Numbered from the stretch's first letter, positions 27,396-41,039 are shown. The stretch: 64,000 nucleotides of DNA from Eledone cirrhosa (GCA_964016885.1 OZ024741.1:133858001-133922000); one strand, 5' to 3'. Program-made: numbers and translations. Notes: generated by a model from the sequence alone, not told the origin.

Positions 27396-28005
27396 GTCAG
27401 GTCACCAGTTGGTGCTACTGGTAACATGTATCCCAGTACAACCTGTCTCATGGTCGGGTCGTTGGCGACTAAACTGGCAACCCCACCAAGGTTTCTTGGT
27501 GATGAGGGTGACTTTGGACATCCTGCAGGACTAAAAACAAAACCTGTCAAAGGGCAAAGGAGCTCTTAAGAGTCAATGGCCATCCAAAATCACCGGGAGA
27601 GATGACCCCTTAGCCTTTGTCAAGGCAGAATTCTAGGAGAAGGAAAACTCTGATATAACACCTGCAACTCTGATGGTATCCAATGATGTTGACTTGTTCT
27701 TCTTTTTGGTAAATATCATCTTGGTTAAGAGAGTGGGACTGGCTTTGTGCAGTGCCTTTGCTCACTATAAAAGCTTCACGGCACAGGCATTGCTTTATAT
27801 CTGGAGATCTCTCTGCACTTGTCGTCACATGGTACCATGGGCCCAGCACTATGTGTCAATAATTGTCACAAGTGTAGTGTTTGTACCAGAGTTTTCAAGT
27901 CGCTGGCTGGACTAAAATGTCACACTCGTTCAGCGCATCGGTAGGGGTTCTCCTACATGGATATAAAGTAGTGGCCGTACTCTAAAACGAGTTGGCAGCC
28001 ACCAT
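27396..28005 (+). mobile_element. Full-length ~610-bp ORF-less retroelement inserted in (TATG)n
   Basis: Bounded by (TATG)n on both sides; homologues at 764-1212, 13899-15358, 23574-23758 and weakly 10525-10680; 3' terminal stem-loop. Confidence 0.75.
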
Positions 28006-28021
28006 GTATGAATGTATGTAT

Positions 28022-28391
28022 GTTCTTCTGGTTTTATAATTTCACAAAGTTTTACCAATAGAGAGAGAGTCGGTTTCTAACATAGACACAAGACTCTCTC
28101 ATTGGAATTTATACAACATCAACTAGGTAGATATGTATGTATGCATGCATGTGTAGATATGGATGTTATTGTATGTGTGGATGTGTATGTTTTGAGTTGT
28201 ATGTGTGCATGTGTATATGCTTTGCATCTGTACATGTGTATATGCAGTTATTAGATGCAACATTTTTGGAATGTTTTACATATTTTTACTGTTCCATTAA
28301 TGGATTGTACTTGTAATTTCCTAACTAGTTGTGTTCTTTCTGTTCCTGTGAAGCCTAGCTTCTCAAGATTTGTATTGAGGCAGTTACTAAC

Positions 28392-28392
<1 letters not shown>
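28022..28392 (-). mobile_element. RLE family 2, 3' fragment
   Basis: VSNCLNTNLEKLGF..GTVKICKTFQKCCI plus a 3' UTR near-identical to 55620-55990; flanked by (TATG)n. Confidence 0.9.
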
Positions 28393-28425
<33 letters not shown>

Positions 28426-28466
28426 TGTATGTATGTATGTATGTATGTATGTATGTATGTATGCAT

Positions 28467-30326
28467 GTTATATCTTTCTCTTAATTTCGAGTATATTTTT
28501 TGACCGGCCACCTTCCTGGTGGCAAGGTTGTAAAAGAAAAGAAATTGTCATCCCTTGAATCGCAAGAATGTTTTGCAAATTTTGAAGGTGCCAGCTATCG
28601 CAGCCATTTGTAGACTATGAATTAGGGAGCTGCGCTCTTTGTCCGCAAATCCAATTTCAGTCATACTTTGGTCCAAACGGGTTGGTATATAACTCGTAGC
28701 TCCAATAATGATGGGTATGAAGCTAAAGGTGTATCTTGGATACTGGATTTGTAAACTCCTCATCAATGGTCCGTAGATGTCCTCCTTCTCCTGTATTTTT
28801 CTGACAACGTTTGCATCAAGTGGGCAGCTGATCTCCACAACAGAACACGTTTTCAATGTGTGGTCCCAAACAACAATATCAAGCCGGTTGTGCCTTAATT
28901 TGGTGGCAGTTTTTATTTTCAGGTTCCACCAGTATTCCATAGTGTCATCTGCCTCAATATATTCTTCCTCGTTTGTTGTTAATTTTGTTTTCCAAAGTGC
29001 ATTCCAGATGGTTCTAGCTATCCCATCGTGTCTCATGGGGAGGTAGTAGCGAGATGACATTCTTTCGCAGCTGGCAACAATGTGGCTTACATCCTCGATC
29101 TTTGTTTTACATAACCTACATTTATTGTCAGCTGATGGCCCTCCCCGTTTGTGCAGCAGATATTTGGTAGGGAATTCTTGTTCCTGTATTGCATAGAGAT
29201 ATCCCTCAAGGTGTGATGTCATAAACTTGTCGGAACTCCATGCCAGGCTTTTTGGGTGGTTTATCCCCTCTATGGTCTGTGTTTTACGTCTCAAGTATCC
29301 ATGAACAACTTTTTCTGTAAATTGGTCAATTTTTTCATCTTGTTTCAACATTGAATAGGATCTTCCGATTTCTCTGGGTGAGAGATTTATATCAGGCTTT
29401 ATTCCATATCTCTCCTCCAGATCAGTGACTATTCTAATGATATATTTTTTTCATGCTAATAAACCTTCCTTGCGTGAGAAGTATAGCCTATCCACATCAC
29501 CATTGATGTTAAAGTTCCCAGTAACACTGAGAAGTTTTCGAGTTCTAACATCCATCTCGCTTAGTTCTTGCAATGACCAGTTCAGCAGGCCAAATGTTGG
29601 CGTTAGAATTGGCACAGCATAAGTATTGTGGGCAATGTATTTGTACGGTGACAGTTCTGATGACCATATTTTCTTTACTCTTCTGAGGTATTCAGTTCTG
29701 GTTCTCTCCTTATTTATGGGTCCATCATATCTGACATTCGCACCCTGTCCAAGATATCTGTAGTTGTCACCTGACTGTAGAGGTTGTATTGTCAAGCCAT
29801 TCATCTCTAGATTTCTAGAGGAGGGCACAGCTCTTCCACGTATTACTGCCAAATATGCACACTTGGACTCACCAAATTTCATTTTGATGTCTGTTGAAAA
29901 TTGTGTAATGAGGTCCAATTGTTTCTTGATGTCATTGATATTTGGCCCAAACAACTTCAGGTCATCAACAAAGAAAAGATGGGAGATACTTCTGGACCCC
30001 CTTCTTTGTCCACCTTGTTTCCTGAGTAGGTAAGATAGTGGATTTAGTGAGAGAACGAAGAGTAGCACTGACAAGCTATCACCCTGAAAGATGCCCTTCT
30101 GGTAATGTATCTCATCAGTCTTAACTTGCTCCTTCTCACCTCTAAGGATCAAATTGGTGTACCAGTTCTTGGTCAGACGTTCAACAGCAGCTACCAGTGG
30201 TTGTGGGACTTTGGCTAACTGTAAAGCCTTAACAATCCACCCATGAGGTACACTATCAAATGCTTTTTGATAGTCCAGCCACACCACAGTCATGTTTCTG
30301 CGATTCTTTGTTGTTTTTGCGATTCT
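28467..30326 (-). mobile_element. RLE family 1 (R4/Dong-like): RT, CCHC and endonuclease, 5'-truncated
   Basis: WLDYQKAFDSVPH, GIFQGDSLS, HLFFVDDLKL, YRYLG, CRLC..H..SC, RHD, D..VEISCP..K; highly similar to 12547-13835 by inspection. Confidence 0.93.
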
Positions 30327-30448
30327 TATGTATGTATATATGTATGTATTTATTTATGTTTGTATGTATGTGTGTATCTATGTATGTATATAATATATAT
30401 AATATATGCATTTATAGATATGCATACATATGCCAGTGTTGCTGCTAG

Positions 30449-30581
<133 letters not shown>

Positions 30582-31085
30582 TAAAAGTCGATCGATATAT
30601 ATGTAATAAACATATCAAACGTTGACAGGGGATAATTTGTAAAGAGTGTAAACAAGGACTCGGCTGCGATTTCAAGCTGTCGATAAGCCCATTCACGCCA
30701 CTGGCTTGATGGCGGCGCGATGTGTATTTACCAAAACACATGTGCTTTTCGTCGTTATTGCTGATTTGTTCTTAGTGTGTAATCACTGATAGTTAAATCT
30801 TCTTCTTTGCTGACGATCCAAGTTTTAACATCTGTGATTCACCGATTAATGGTGAAATATATTTCTCTGATGGAATATGTACAAAGGTTCTCGCTAATTT
30901 TTAGTATGTTACCTCCGTAATTATGTGTTTTCACTCTTTACAATGTTATTCACTATCAATGTTTCATATGTTTATTTTATACATATATGTCAATCGACGT
31001 TTAATTTAATTTTAATAAATGCTCGGATTTATTCCTTAGAATCTTTTATATTCTCAGACATGACATCTTTAATTTAATTTTGTTA

Positions 31086-31134
<49 letters not shown>

Positions 31135-31194
31135 AGGTAGTAACATGTGCATACGCCATATTTGACTAAATTGAATTAGTCTGTTAGTTGGGAT

Positions 31195-31267
<73 letters not shown>

Positions 31268-31309
31268 AGTAAGTATGTTTTGAAACAGTGAGCGAGTTTG
31301 AAATTAGAA

Positions 31310-31489
31310 AATATATAGCTTTCACCGTATTTTTAACTAAAGGAATTTTAGCTTGATAACGGGGTTTAGAACCCTCAGATAATGGAAAAAGATGAGTATT
31401 GACGTCAATACTCATCTTTTTCCATTTATCTGAGGGTTCTAAACCCCGTTATCAAGCTAAAATTCCTTTAGTTAAAAATACGGTGAAAG

Positions 31490-31497
<8 letters not shown>
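31310..31497. repeat. Near-perfect palindrome (about 93-bp arms, centre GACGTC) between (TA)n tracts
   Basis: AGCTTTCACCG...GAGTATTGAC|GTCAATACTC...CGGTGAAAGCT; a 45-bp unpaired extension on the left. Confidence 0.85.
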
Positions 31498-31531
<34 letters not shown>

Positions 31532-31630
31532 GTGTGTGTGTGTGTAAAAGGTAAACAGAAATAACAACACAATCGCTACAGTATATGGAAGGAATATATT
31601 AGGTCAACGCTTGAAATAGCAGGAAGAGGG

Positions 31631-31666
31631 TCTTAACGTTTCGGACGCTAGTCCTTCATCAGAAGA
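31631..31666 (-). ncRNA. Minimal type I hammerhead ribozyme
   Basis: TCTT-CTGATGA-A-GGAC/TAGC/GTCC-GAA-ACGT-T-AAGA; palindromic stem III. Confidence 0.8.
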
Positions 31667-31707
31667 AAGAATGAGAAATAAGATCGATTGAGGACACACA
31701 CACACAC

Positions 31708-31762
<55 letters not shown>

Positions 31763-31785
31763 TATATATATACAGTATATATATA

Positions 31786-32945
31786 CAGGGTGCGGACGGT
31801 ATTTGAGAACATGCATTTTTAGTCATTTGGATTGGCAGTATCGGTAGAGGGTCGGACGTCATGCTTTGCAGCACAGTTACGTTCCTTTACGGATTGCGTT
31901 CAAATCCCGCCGAGGTTAACTTTGCCTTTCATCATTACGGGGTCGATAAAATAAAGTACCAGTAATACACTGGGATAATTGCTGACCTTGTGCCAAAAGT
32001 AGAAACAATTATTTTATTTGACTAATTTTTATTGAACTTCTATTTCAGAAAATAACAATAAAAATAACTATGCTTACTAATGAAATGAAAAGGCATGCTG
32101 TGATTGTGGCTTTGAAGGCTAAGCATGGTGATTTAGAAATTTCTCGTTTTCTGAAAGTTGCAAGATTCGGTGTGAGAAAGATGGAAGCGTATTACCTGTA
32201 TCAAAACTTTAAAAATATTCCAAATGCTCTGATTCTATCAGAACACCTGAATTTATTCTGGAAGTTAAGCAAAACATTGATGACAATCCAGGAAAATCAA
32301 TATTTGCTGTCAGAAAAAACAACCAGAAATGCTGTGCATGAAGACATCAGATACAAATCTTACGTGTTGAGGAGAGGTCAATTCATGTCAGAAAAAACAA
32401 AAGAAAACCGTTTAATCAGATCCAAAAGATTTTTGAACAAACCTAAAAAATCCATCAGAATATGGTGTGATTTGGTTTGTCTCAGATGAGAAAAACTTTG
32501 ACCAGGACCAGAAAACTAACAGAAGAAATGACAGGTAGCTATGTGCAGACCCTTCTGAGGTTCCAAGAGTAATGCATACAAAACTTCTTGCAAGTGTCAT
32601 GGTTTGGGGTGTTGTTAGCAATGAAGGACATGTGATCCTCCTCACTTTTTTCCACAAGGCCTTAGGGTGAATGCTGCTGTGTATATTGAGGTTCTGGATA
32701 AAGTTGTTAAGCCTTGGATCAACAGTATATGCAATGGAAGGTCTTATGCCTTTCAACAAGATTCTACACCACCACACAAGGCTCAAATGACACAAGAATG
32801 GATGGCCGTAAAATTGCATGATCACATCACCCCCAACATTTGGCCTCCTAATTCTGCAGATGTCAATCCACTGGACTACTATGCATGGAGCATTGTTAAG
32901 AAAAATGTCAATGAACACCCATAGCACCAAAGATTCTTTGAGAGT
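31786..32945 (+). mobile_element. Tc1/mariner DD37D (maT-like) transposon, decayed and 3'-truncated
   Basis: Starts TA-CAGGGTG; SDEKNF, VMVWGVVS, FQQD-(37 aa)-D in WPPNSADVNPLDY; SINE inserted near the 5' end. Confidence 0.88.
31829..32013 (+). mobile_element. tRNA-SINE nested in the maT element
   Basis: Full head, core and tail; ATTTG repeated on both sides. Confidence 0.85.
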
Positions 32946-33009
32946 CGCAAAAGCTCTCAAAAGTGCTCAAACGGCCTACCGCATACAGACGCTTTAAGCA
33001 CCCAACACC

Positions 33010-33070
<61 letters not shown>

Positions 33071-33075
<5 letters not shown>

Positions 33076-33592
33076 GGTGTTGAATGCTTAAAGCGTCCGT
33101 ATACGGTAGGCCGTTTGAGCACACGTTGCTCTCATAGAGCAGAGTATGATATCACAGAAAAAAAGAGAATCAGTGTTGCGACGAATGGAATTTATTGGAC
33201 ATATTACAATCGTTTATCTGGCGACCAGCTCGAGGCACGATCGATGTGATGATCGAACCTGACTCTGAAAATCGCAAGGTCCTCAAATACGTCTTGATTC
33301 TACGAAGCAGATCTGATTCGTAGAATCAAGACGTATCTGAATGACCTTTAAGAAAAGAAAAGAAAGTTGCAAGTGTAAAGGAATTTAGACACTGTAGGGA
33401 ATTTTAGTTTCGAATAAGAAATCTCACTAATAATCTGGTTTTCTTAATAGGTTTAAATGTATGTCTGTTAAAGTTTTGTTAGAGTGTTGAATATAATGTA
33501 ATATATAGTACTCATTAATAGTTAATTATTTAAAACAGTTATAAGGATGAGATATAGGATTGAATCTATGGATTAATTCTAATAGCAAAAAA

Positions 33593-33656
<64 letters not shown>

Positions 33657-34311
33657 TTTTTTCTTTTATATGTTTCTCTTTATTTATTTATTTATAATAC
33701 TTGAATGTCTTTCTAATTCTATGGTTACATGCGATAATTAATTCCTGTCTTTTATTTAATAGAATGTCTTTCGATTTATTAATTTCAAAAATTTCTTGGG
33801 AACATAGTCCACACTCCTTTCTATTTCCCCGATAAGAATGGCTCTTTTAAGAATCTTCCAAGTTAGGTTATAATTAATTTTCTTCTTTTTACAATGATTA
33901 ACTACTTCCGCTAAAGAAGTGGTATTAGCTAATCTTGTTTTTCGAAAACTGTGGGTGTGTGCATAAAATCTCGATTTAATCGGATTAGATGTGGATCCAA
34001 TATAGGATTGATTAGAGTCCTTAGTGGTAATTATACATTTATACACTATATTATTAATTAAGCAATTTCCATTTAAGGGGCAATTACTTTTTACTCTACA
34101 ATTACAACCGTTTGTACATAGGGTTTCAGACGTGCTTTCTATATTCCCAATAATAGTGCCAGTATTTGAATTTACATTTTTAACCAGATCTGCTTCGTAG
34201 AATCAGGTTCGATGATCACATCGATCGTGCCTCGAGCTGGTCGCCAGAGAAACGATTGTAATATGTCCAATAAATTCCATTTGTCGCAACACTGATTCTC
34301 TTTTTTTTTCT

Positions 34312-34318
<7 letters not shown>
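33071..34318 (-). mobile_element. 5'-truncated PLE (GIY-YIG) with inverted pLTR termini
   Basis: NCRVKSNCPLNGNCL..IVYKC..SYIGSTSNPIKSRF..H..W.IL; 33148-33315 is largely the inverted copy of 34185-34318; 32964-33013 mirrors 33072-33122 across (TA)n. Confidence 0.8.
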
Positions 34319-34352
<34 letters not shown>

Positions 34353-34353
34353 A

Positions 34354-34483
<130 letters not shown>

Positions 34484-34490
34484 AGAGAGA

Positions 34491-34897
34491 TACACGGGTG
34501 TGTATGATTGTGTATAGAAGATTATATTAATAAGAGGAATTCCAACTTTGTCTGATTTACTCGTTTTATTTACAATCCCTTAAAATTTATAATGGTATTA
34601 TAATGAAATAGTATGATAGAATATTAAATTCTAAGTGTTAATTGAACAAGTACTTTCATGCTTTCGCAATCTTCAGGTTCATAATATGTGGTGACAGTCA
34701 AGTTTGCAATTTTCAACTGTCTGTTGAAAATTGCAAACACATATTATGAACCTGAAGATTGCGAAAGCATGAAAGTACTTGTTCAATTAACACTTAGAAT
34801 TTAATATTCTATCATACTATTTCATTATAATACCATTATAAATTTTAAAGGATTGTAAATAAAACGAGTAAATCAGACAAAGTTGGAATTCCTCTTA

Positions 34898-34905
<8 letters not shown>
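34491..34905. mobile_element. Second fold-back insert of the 3171-4040 family with a different turn point (about 34720)
   Basis: Same 30-bp leader and same right end; HHR at 34747-34785 (+). Confidence 0.85.
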
Positions 34906-34942
<37 letters not shown>

Positions 34943-35212
34943 GAGTGGAGAATAACACGGATCAGCTATACATTAGGGTTTATTCCAAGCATTAACAAAT
35001 GTTTCATTGATACAGTGTGTCTAAAAATGACTATCCGCAGTGTTACCATAACAATCGATTTTAAGTACAGTTTCCACCAGCCAGATTGTCAAAATACTAG
35101 TTCGGTTTTGTTGGTACAACGTATTTATACTGATAATAACAAGAAAAATAACAAACAATATCAAGAAGAAAAGCATAGCAAGGAGAGAGTAGTAGGATAA
35201 TGGTATGAAAAA

Positions 35213-35399
35213 ATAATTGTTTCTACTTTTGGCACAAGGCCAGCAATAACCCAGTGCATTACTAGTACTTTATTTTATCGGCCCCGTAAGGATGAAAGGC
35301 AAAGTTAACCTCGGCGGGATTTGAACTCAGAATGTAAAGGGCCGTAACTCTATGCGTCAAAGCATGGCGTCTGACCCTCTACTGATACTGCCAATCCAC
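35213..35399 (-). mobile_element. tRNA-SINE
   Basis: Complete reverse-complement copy. Confidence 0.85.
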
Positions 35400-36311
35400 A
35401 TGGAAAAAGTGATATGAAAAGACAAGATAAAAATACCAATAAAAATCAGATAAAATAAGAGTTGAAAGTAAAATTAAAGAATATAGAGTGAGGATACAAA
35501 GTAACATCAAACAAGTGTATAGATATAGGTGTACAGGCGCTAGGATGAAAGAGTTGTGGACAATATAATAAAATTAAATTAAATTAAAAATAAAAACAGA
35601 CGGACAAATGGTTTAAAAGATATTTTGAGAGATAAAGGCTTAATGGGTGATTATGAAGTAAGGGTGTAGATTGGGGGTGACAATGGCAATACTTGATGAT
35701 TGATATCATATGTGTGGGAAAGAGAGTTGAAGGGGTGTGTCTACAAAGAAGGAATACTTAATCACTGAGGAAATGTCAACCACTCTTGCGTCCGATTGGT
35801 TAGGAGTTCGTTTTTTGCATTCTATTGGTTAATGGTATAACCCTTGAAGTGCTTGGATTATTTGGTTGTTTATAATTGTTGTGGTGATAGAGTGTCCATG
35901 TTCGTAAGGTGATTTACGGGTACGTTTTTTCGTTAATTGTGATAAGGAGATGTTAGAACGGTTCGGTGGCGCACTTTTTCAGACGTTATAAGTCTGGGGA
36001 ATGATGCTGTTTATACAGATAGTAAGGTTGCGGGATCGAATCCTATTTATTTTGGTTTAATACTCCAGGAAACACTTGCCTAGGAACTGTTTGGAATGGG
36101 CCACCCGAACACCACAACTAAGTAAACATCTTGTCGAGTCAAACAACGCCGAACGTTAGAATCATCCACGGTACAGATTACTCATAACCTCTACTTGCAT
36201 TACCTTAAATGATACCTCGTTTACTTAAATATATATATCATCGTCATCGTCCGGCGACCTCAGCCGAAATCGACTCACCAATTGATCACCACGTGGGTCT
36301 GTCGTTCATTG

Positions 36312-36413
<102 letters not shown>

Positions 36414-36445
36414 TATGCACACACACACACACACATTATAAATGT

Positions 36446-36537
36446 CTTCAGCTCGGACTCCGAGTCCGAGCTGAAGATCCGCTAAGGTAAAACAATTGTT
36501 CTTGGTATGGTGAACTAACTGTTGTGTTACCACTTCT
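36446..36537 (+). ncRNA. Hammerhead-bearing short insert (family also at 46073-46115 on - and 48277-48350 on +)
   Basis: CCGAG-CTGAAGA-TCCGCT(T)AAGG-T(G/A)AAACA(A/T)TTGTT-CT(C/T)GG; this copy has G12A; 5' snap-back TCTTCAGCTCGGACTC-C-GAGTCCGAGCTGAAGA. Confidence 0.6.
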
Positions 36538-36559
36538 ATATATATATATATATATATAT

Positions 36560-37650
36560 AATATATTTAGAAACACACAGATACATGCGGACACACACAT
36601 ATACATGAATGCATCCGCACCCAACCATGAGTTAAGGGTGCCAACTTCACCGATGTTGCTCAATGAATGACTGGGACAGACCAATCCGGTTGAACCAGAC
36701 TGAACCAGTATCAGAGTTAAAAATACATTATGAAGAGAGAAGAAACATTTAGATATAATTAGTAATAAAATGTATCATACCTAAACTGCTCCTAGATTCC
36801 TCGACTACGTAGTTTCGTGGCATAAACAAAAACAATATATCATAAAGATATAGAGTCCTTGCGAGGTCTGCCGACTTATCAAGAGGATACCTCATTTTAC
36901 TAGTCTCAAGAACGCGTCTCCACAACGTGAGAAAGAATCCCAAAAGGCGGAGGGGGAGATAGTCACGCGATATAACGGTCGAGAAACAGAGCTAAGCCTC
37001 TTATAACCCCGAAGAAAATACCACGGAGGCGGAGGGGGTATTTATATCGAAGCCGTAGAAGAGGTGGTGAAGGAGGCGAGAAGTATGAGTAATGAAAGAT
37101 TTCCAGCAGTCCCCACACTTCAAAGATTGCTCGACCAGAGGGAGTTATTAACAATATATTTAGAAACACACAGATACATGCGGACACACACATATACATG
37201 AATGCATCCGCACCCAACCATGAGTTAAGGGTGCCAACTTCACCGATGTTGCTCAATGAATGACTGGGACAGACCAATCCGGTTGAACCAGACTGAACCA
37301 GTATCAGAGTTAAAAATACATTATGAAGAGAGAAGAAACATTTAGATATACTCCGTGGTATTTTCTTCGGGGTTATAAGAGGCTTAGCTCTGTTTCTCGA
37401 CCGTTATATCGCGTGACTATCTCCCCCTCCGCCTTTTGGGATTCTTTCTCACGTTGTGGAGACGCGTTCTTGAGACTAGTAAAATGAGGTATCCTCTTGA
37501 TAAGTCGGCAGACCTCGCAAGGACTCTATATCTTTATGATATATTGTTTTTGTTTATGCCACGAAACTACGTAGTCGAGGAATCTAGGAGCAGTTTAGGT
37601 ATGATACATTTTATTACTAATTATATCTAAATGTTTCTTCTCTCTTCATA
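36560..37650. mobile_element. 593-bp HHR monomer as a 1.33-mer plus a 300-bp inverted copy
   Basis: 36561-36757 equals 37154-37350; 36730-37026 is the reverse complement of 37352-37650; (TA)n on both sides. Confidence 0.85.
37492..37581 (+). ncRNA. Hammerhead ribozyme, U3-A8 core variant (mirror 36798-36887 on -)
   Basis: TCCTC-TTGATAA-GT.GGCA...TGCC-AC-GAA-ACTACGTAGT-C-GAGGA. Confidence 0.72.
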
Positions 37651-37731
37651 ATGTATATATATATATATATATATACACACACGCGCAAGCACACATACAC
37701 ACATATATATATACCTACACATATATATATA

Positions 37732-37766
<35 letters not shown>

Positions 37767-37968
37767 ATACACATATGTGTGCGTGCGTATACACATATGT
37801 GTGCGAGTACCTGTTTGTAGTGAGTGTACCATTATATAAACACCATAAATCCCCAGTCGATGTAAAGCTGTACCACAAGCGAATATTTCTATTTAACTTT
37901 ATACTTATTATTTACTTTTTATACTTATTTACAACACACGGACACATATACACGTGCGCGCACACGCA

Positions 37969-38073
<105 letters not shown>

Positions 38074-38728
38074 CTGAATAAGTAGGTTAAAACAACCAAA
38101 TATTTATATTTCTAGCTTGATATTTGATATTTAACACTTCGAAAAAGAAGCAAACGGACGGACGGATGTGTCTTAGTGTAATGGTTCAAAGCTTTCGTCC
38201 AAAGTGCGAGAGGTACATGGTTCGATTCTCGCATGCGCTGTGTCAAGTTTTTTTCCGTCACCAGAATTATTTTCCAAGACATTATCAACTAATTACCTAT
38301 AATCGTCTACATTATATATCTATTATTCATGAAATATAACTGAAACAATATACTATGAATATAAAGAGCAAGCAAGTTCTACTATTTTATGTTATATTAT
38401 AAATTTTTGAATTATGCAATATGATTTATATCCGCTTTTTATGTAGTATATATACATGTGTGTGTGTACTACAAACTAATATTTATACATTATTTTACAA
38501 GAAGAAATTTCCAGTATGAATAAATAAGTTATAAAATATAAGCTGCTATATTTTTGCATAGAACATAATTTATTTCCGGTTGTCTTAAAGATTCCTAGAA
38601 ACAGAAAGTAATATCGGAAATCTATACATATATATCTAATATTTATATGTATAGACTTCCGATATTACTTTCTATTTCAACTGTATACGATTCTGTTGTT
38701 ATTTCTGTTTGCCTTTTACATATATATA

Positions 38729-38878
<150 letters not shown>

Positions 38879-39002
38879 AGTGGTAGCTATGGTGCTTCCG
38901 TAGGCGGTATGCCAAAATTACCACTTGATATTCATCAAAGTAGAGTGTAGATATTATCAAGAAAACGAAAAATCAGTGATGCATCTGGACTTAGTTTATT
39001 TC

Positions 39003-39091
39003 GTGTTACAAATGTTTCGCCGGCATGTAGCTCGAGTCATGGTCCTTGTATGGATCTGGCTGATTCTACTTCTGAGGGTTCTTTCAGACAC
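39003..39091 (-). ncRNA. Degenerate hammerhead motif
   Basis: GTGT-CTGAAAGA..long stem II..C-GAAACATTTGTA-ACAC; one extra core nucleotide. Confidence 0.45.
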
Positions 39092-39219
39092 GGGTGTTAT
39101 GTCCGGAGCAAATTTTATCAAACTGACTAATACATAGTTACAATTTCAAGGAAATCGGTCTGACGTAACGCCTCAAAAAGACCCTAAAAAGCTTTAAAAA
39201 CGCAGTTTTTCACCTAATG

Positions 39220-39650
39220 CAAGCCCTAGGAGATCAAAAAGTTGAATTTTATGTGCATAACACTCCCTGAAACATAAGTAATACACATGTAAAGTTTGAA
39301 AAAAATCGGTTGGGTACTTCTCGAGTTTTAGGGATTCAAATTCACAGACACACACACACTGACAGACATCCTCAGGAAAGCGACGTAATTCAGACAGGCA
39401 GGCATACAGACAGATATTATAAGGGCGCGACGTTATATGTATGTATCTATCTAAAAAGAGAAAGAATAAGAATTACAGAGAGAGTTCGCCAAATCGCCTA
39501 ATGCGGTCCCTAGGGACATGAAAACGGTCCCTGAAACATAAGTATTACATGTGTAAAGTTTGAAAACAGTCGGTTGAGTGGTTCTCGAGTTTTAGGGATT
39601 CGTACTCACATACACGCAGACAGACATCCTCAGTTATATATATATATATA
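39220..39650 (+). mobile_element. Two non-autonomous Helitron-like (Lep1/HINE-type) fragments
   Basis: CCCTGAAACATAAGTA..TGTAAAGTTTGAAAA..TCGGTTG..TTCTCGAG, a CA/GACA microsatellite and ACAGACATCCTCAG occur twice; the same sequence is at 59477-59600. Confidence 0.55.
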
Positions 39651-39671
39651 TAAATCTTTAATTAAAGATTT

Positions 39672-39738
39672 CTATCTGATGAACGACTTCAGACGCCTCG
39701 CTTAGAATTGTCTGACTTCGTGAAACCTAGGGTAATAG
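39672..39738 (+). ncRNA. Type I hammerhead ribozyme
   Basis: CTAT-CTGATGA-A-CGA..TCAGAC/GTCTGA..TCG-T-GAAAC-CTAGG-GTA-ATAG; (TA)n on both sides. Confidence 0.75.
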
Positions 39739-39758
39739 TATAAGTATATTGCGTTGTT

Positions 39759-39825
<67 letters not shown>

Positions 39826-40003
39826 AACACACACAGATGAATAAAATATTTTGGGTATTAAGAATCTATTTCTATTATAGTTCTTTCGCCTCATAATAAT
39901 ATAATTTTTTCTTTTACACCGATGGCATGATAGTTGAAATTTTTTAAAAGTCTTTGTTATACATGACTTACTTATATTTTCAATTTGTTAAAGTTCCTTT
40001 AGA

Positions 40004-40064
<61 letters not shown>

Positions 40065-40119
40065 TGTACACACACATGCACACACACGCACACACACACA
40101 CAGACATATATATATGTTT

Positions 40120-40192
<73 letters not shown>

Positions 40193-40294
40193 ATGTGTTT
40201 GTGTGTGTACATATATGTATATATGTGTGTATATATATATATAATATATATATATATATACACACATATATACATGTATGTACACATAAACACA

Positions 40295-40342
<48 letters not shown>

Positions 40343-40639
40343 ATTATATACATCCAAAGATATCAGTTCTTTAAATAATACATACATTCTTTGAGAGTTG
40401 ATAGACGAACCTCAACGTGGTCATTGGACCTCTTAGAAATCGCGGCCAGACCTTCCCTAAATCATGCCTTATCATTTAAATGAAAAAGAGAAACTCATTG
40501 AATCATGTACTCCTTGGTATATATATACCACTCATGAAACATGACTACCTGTTTTCGACTGGTAATACTTTAATTATATACAGTATTAGATACCTTTCCC
40601 AATCTGCCATATCTTACCAGCTCTTTCAATTGACTGAAT

Positions 40640-41039
<400 letters not shown>

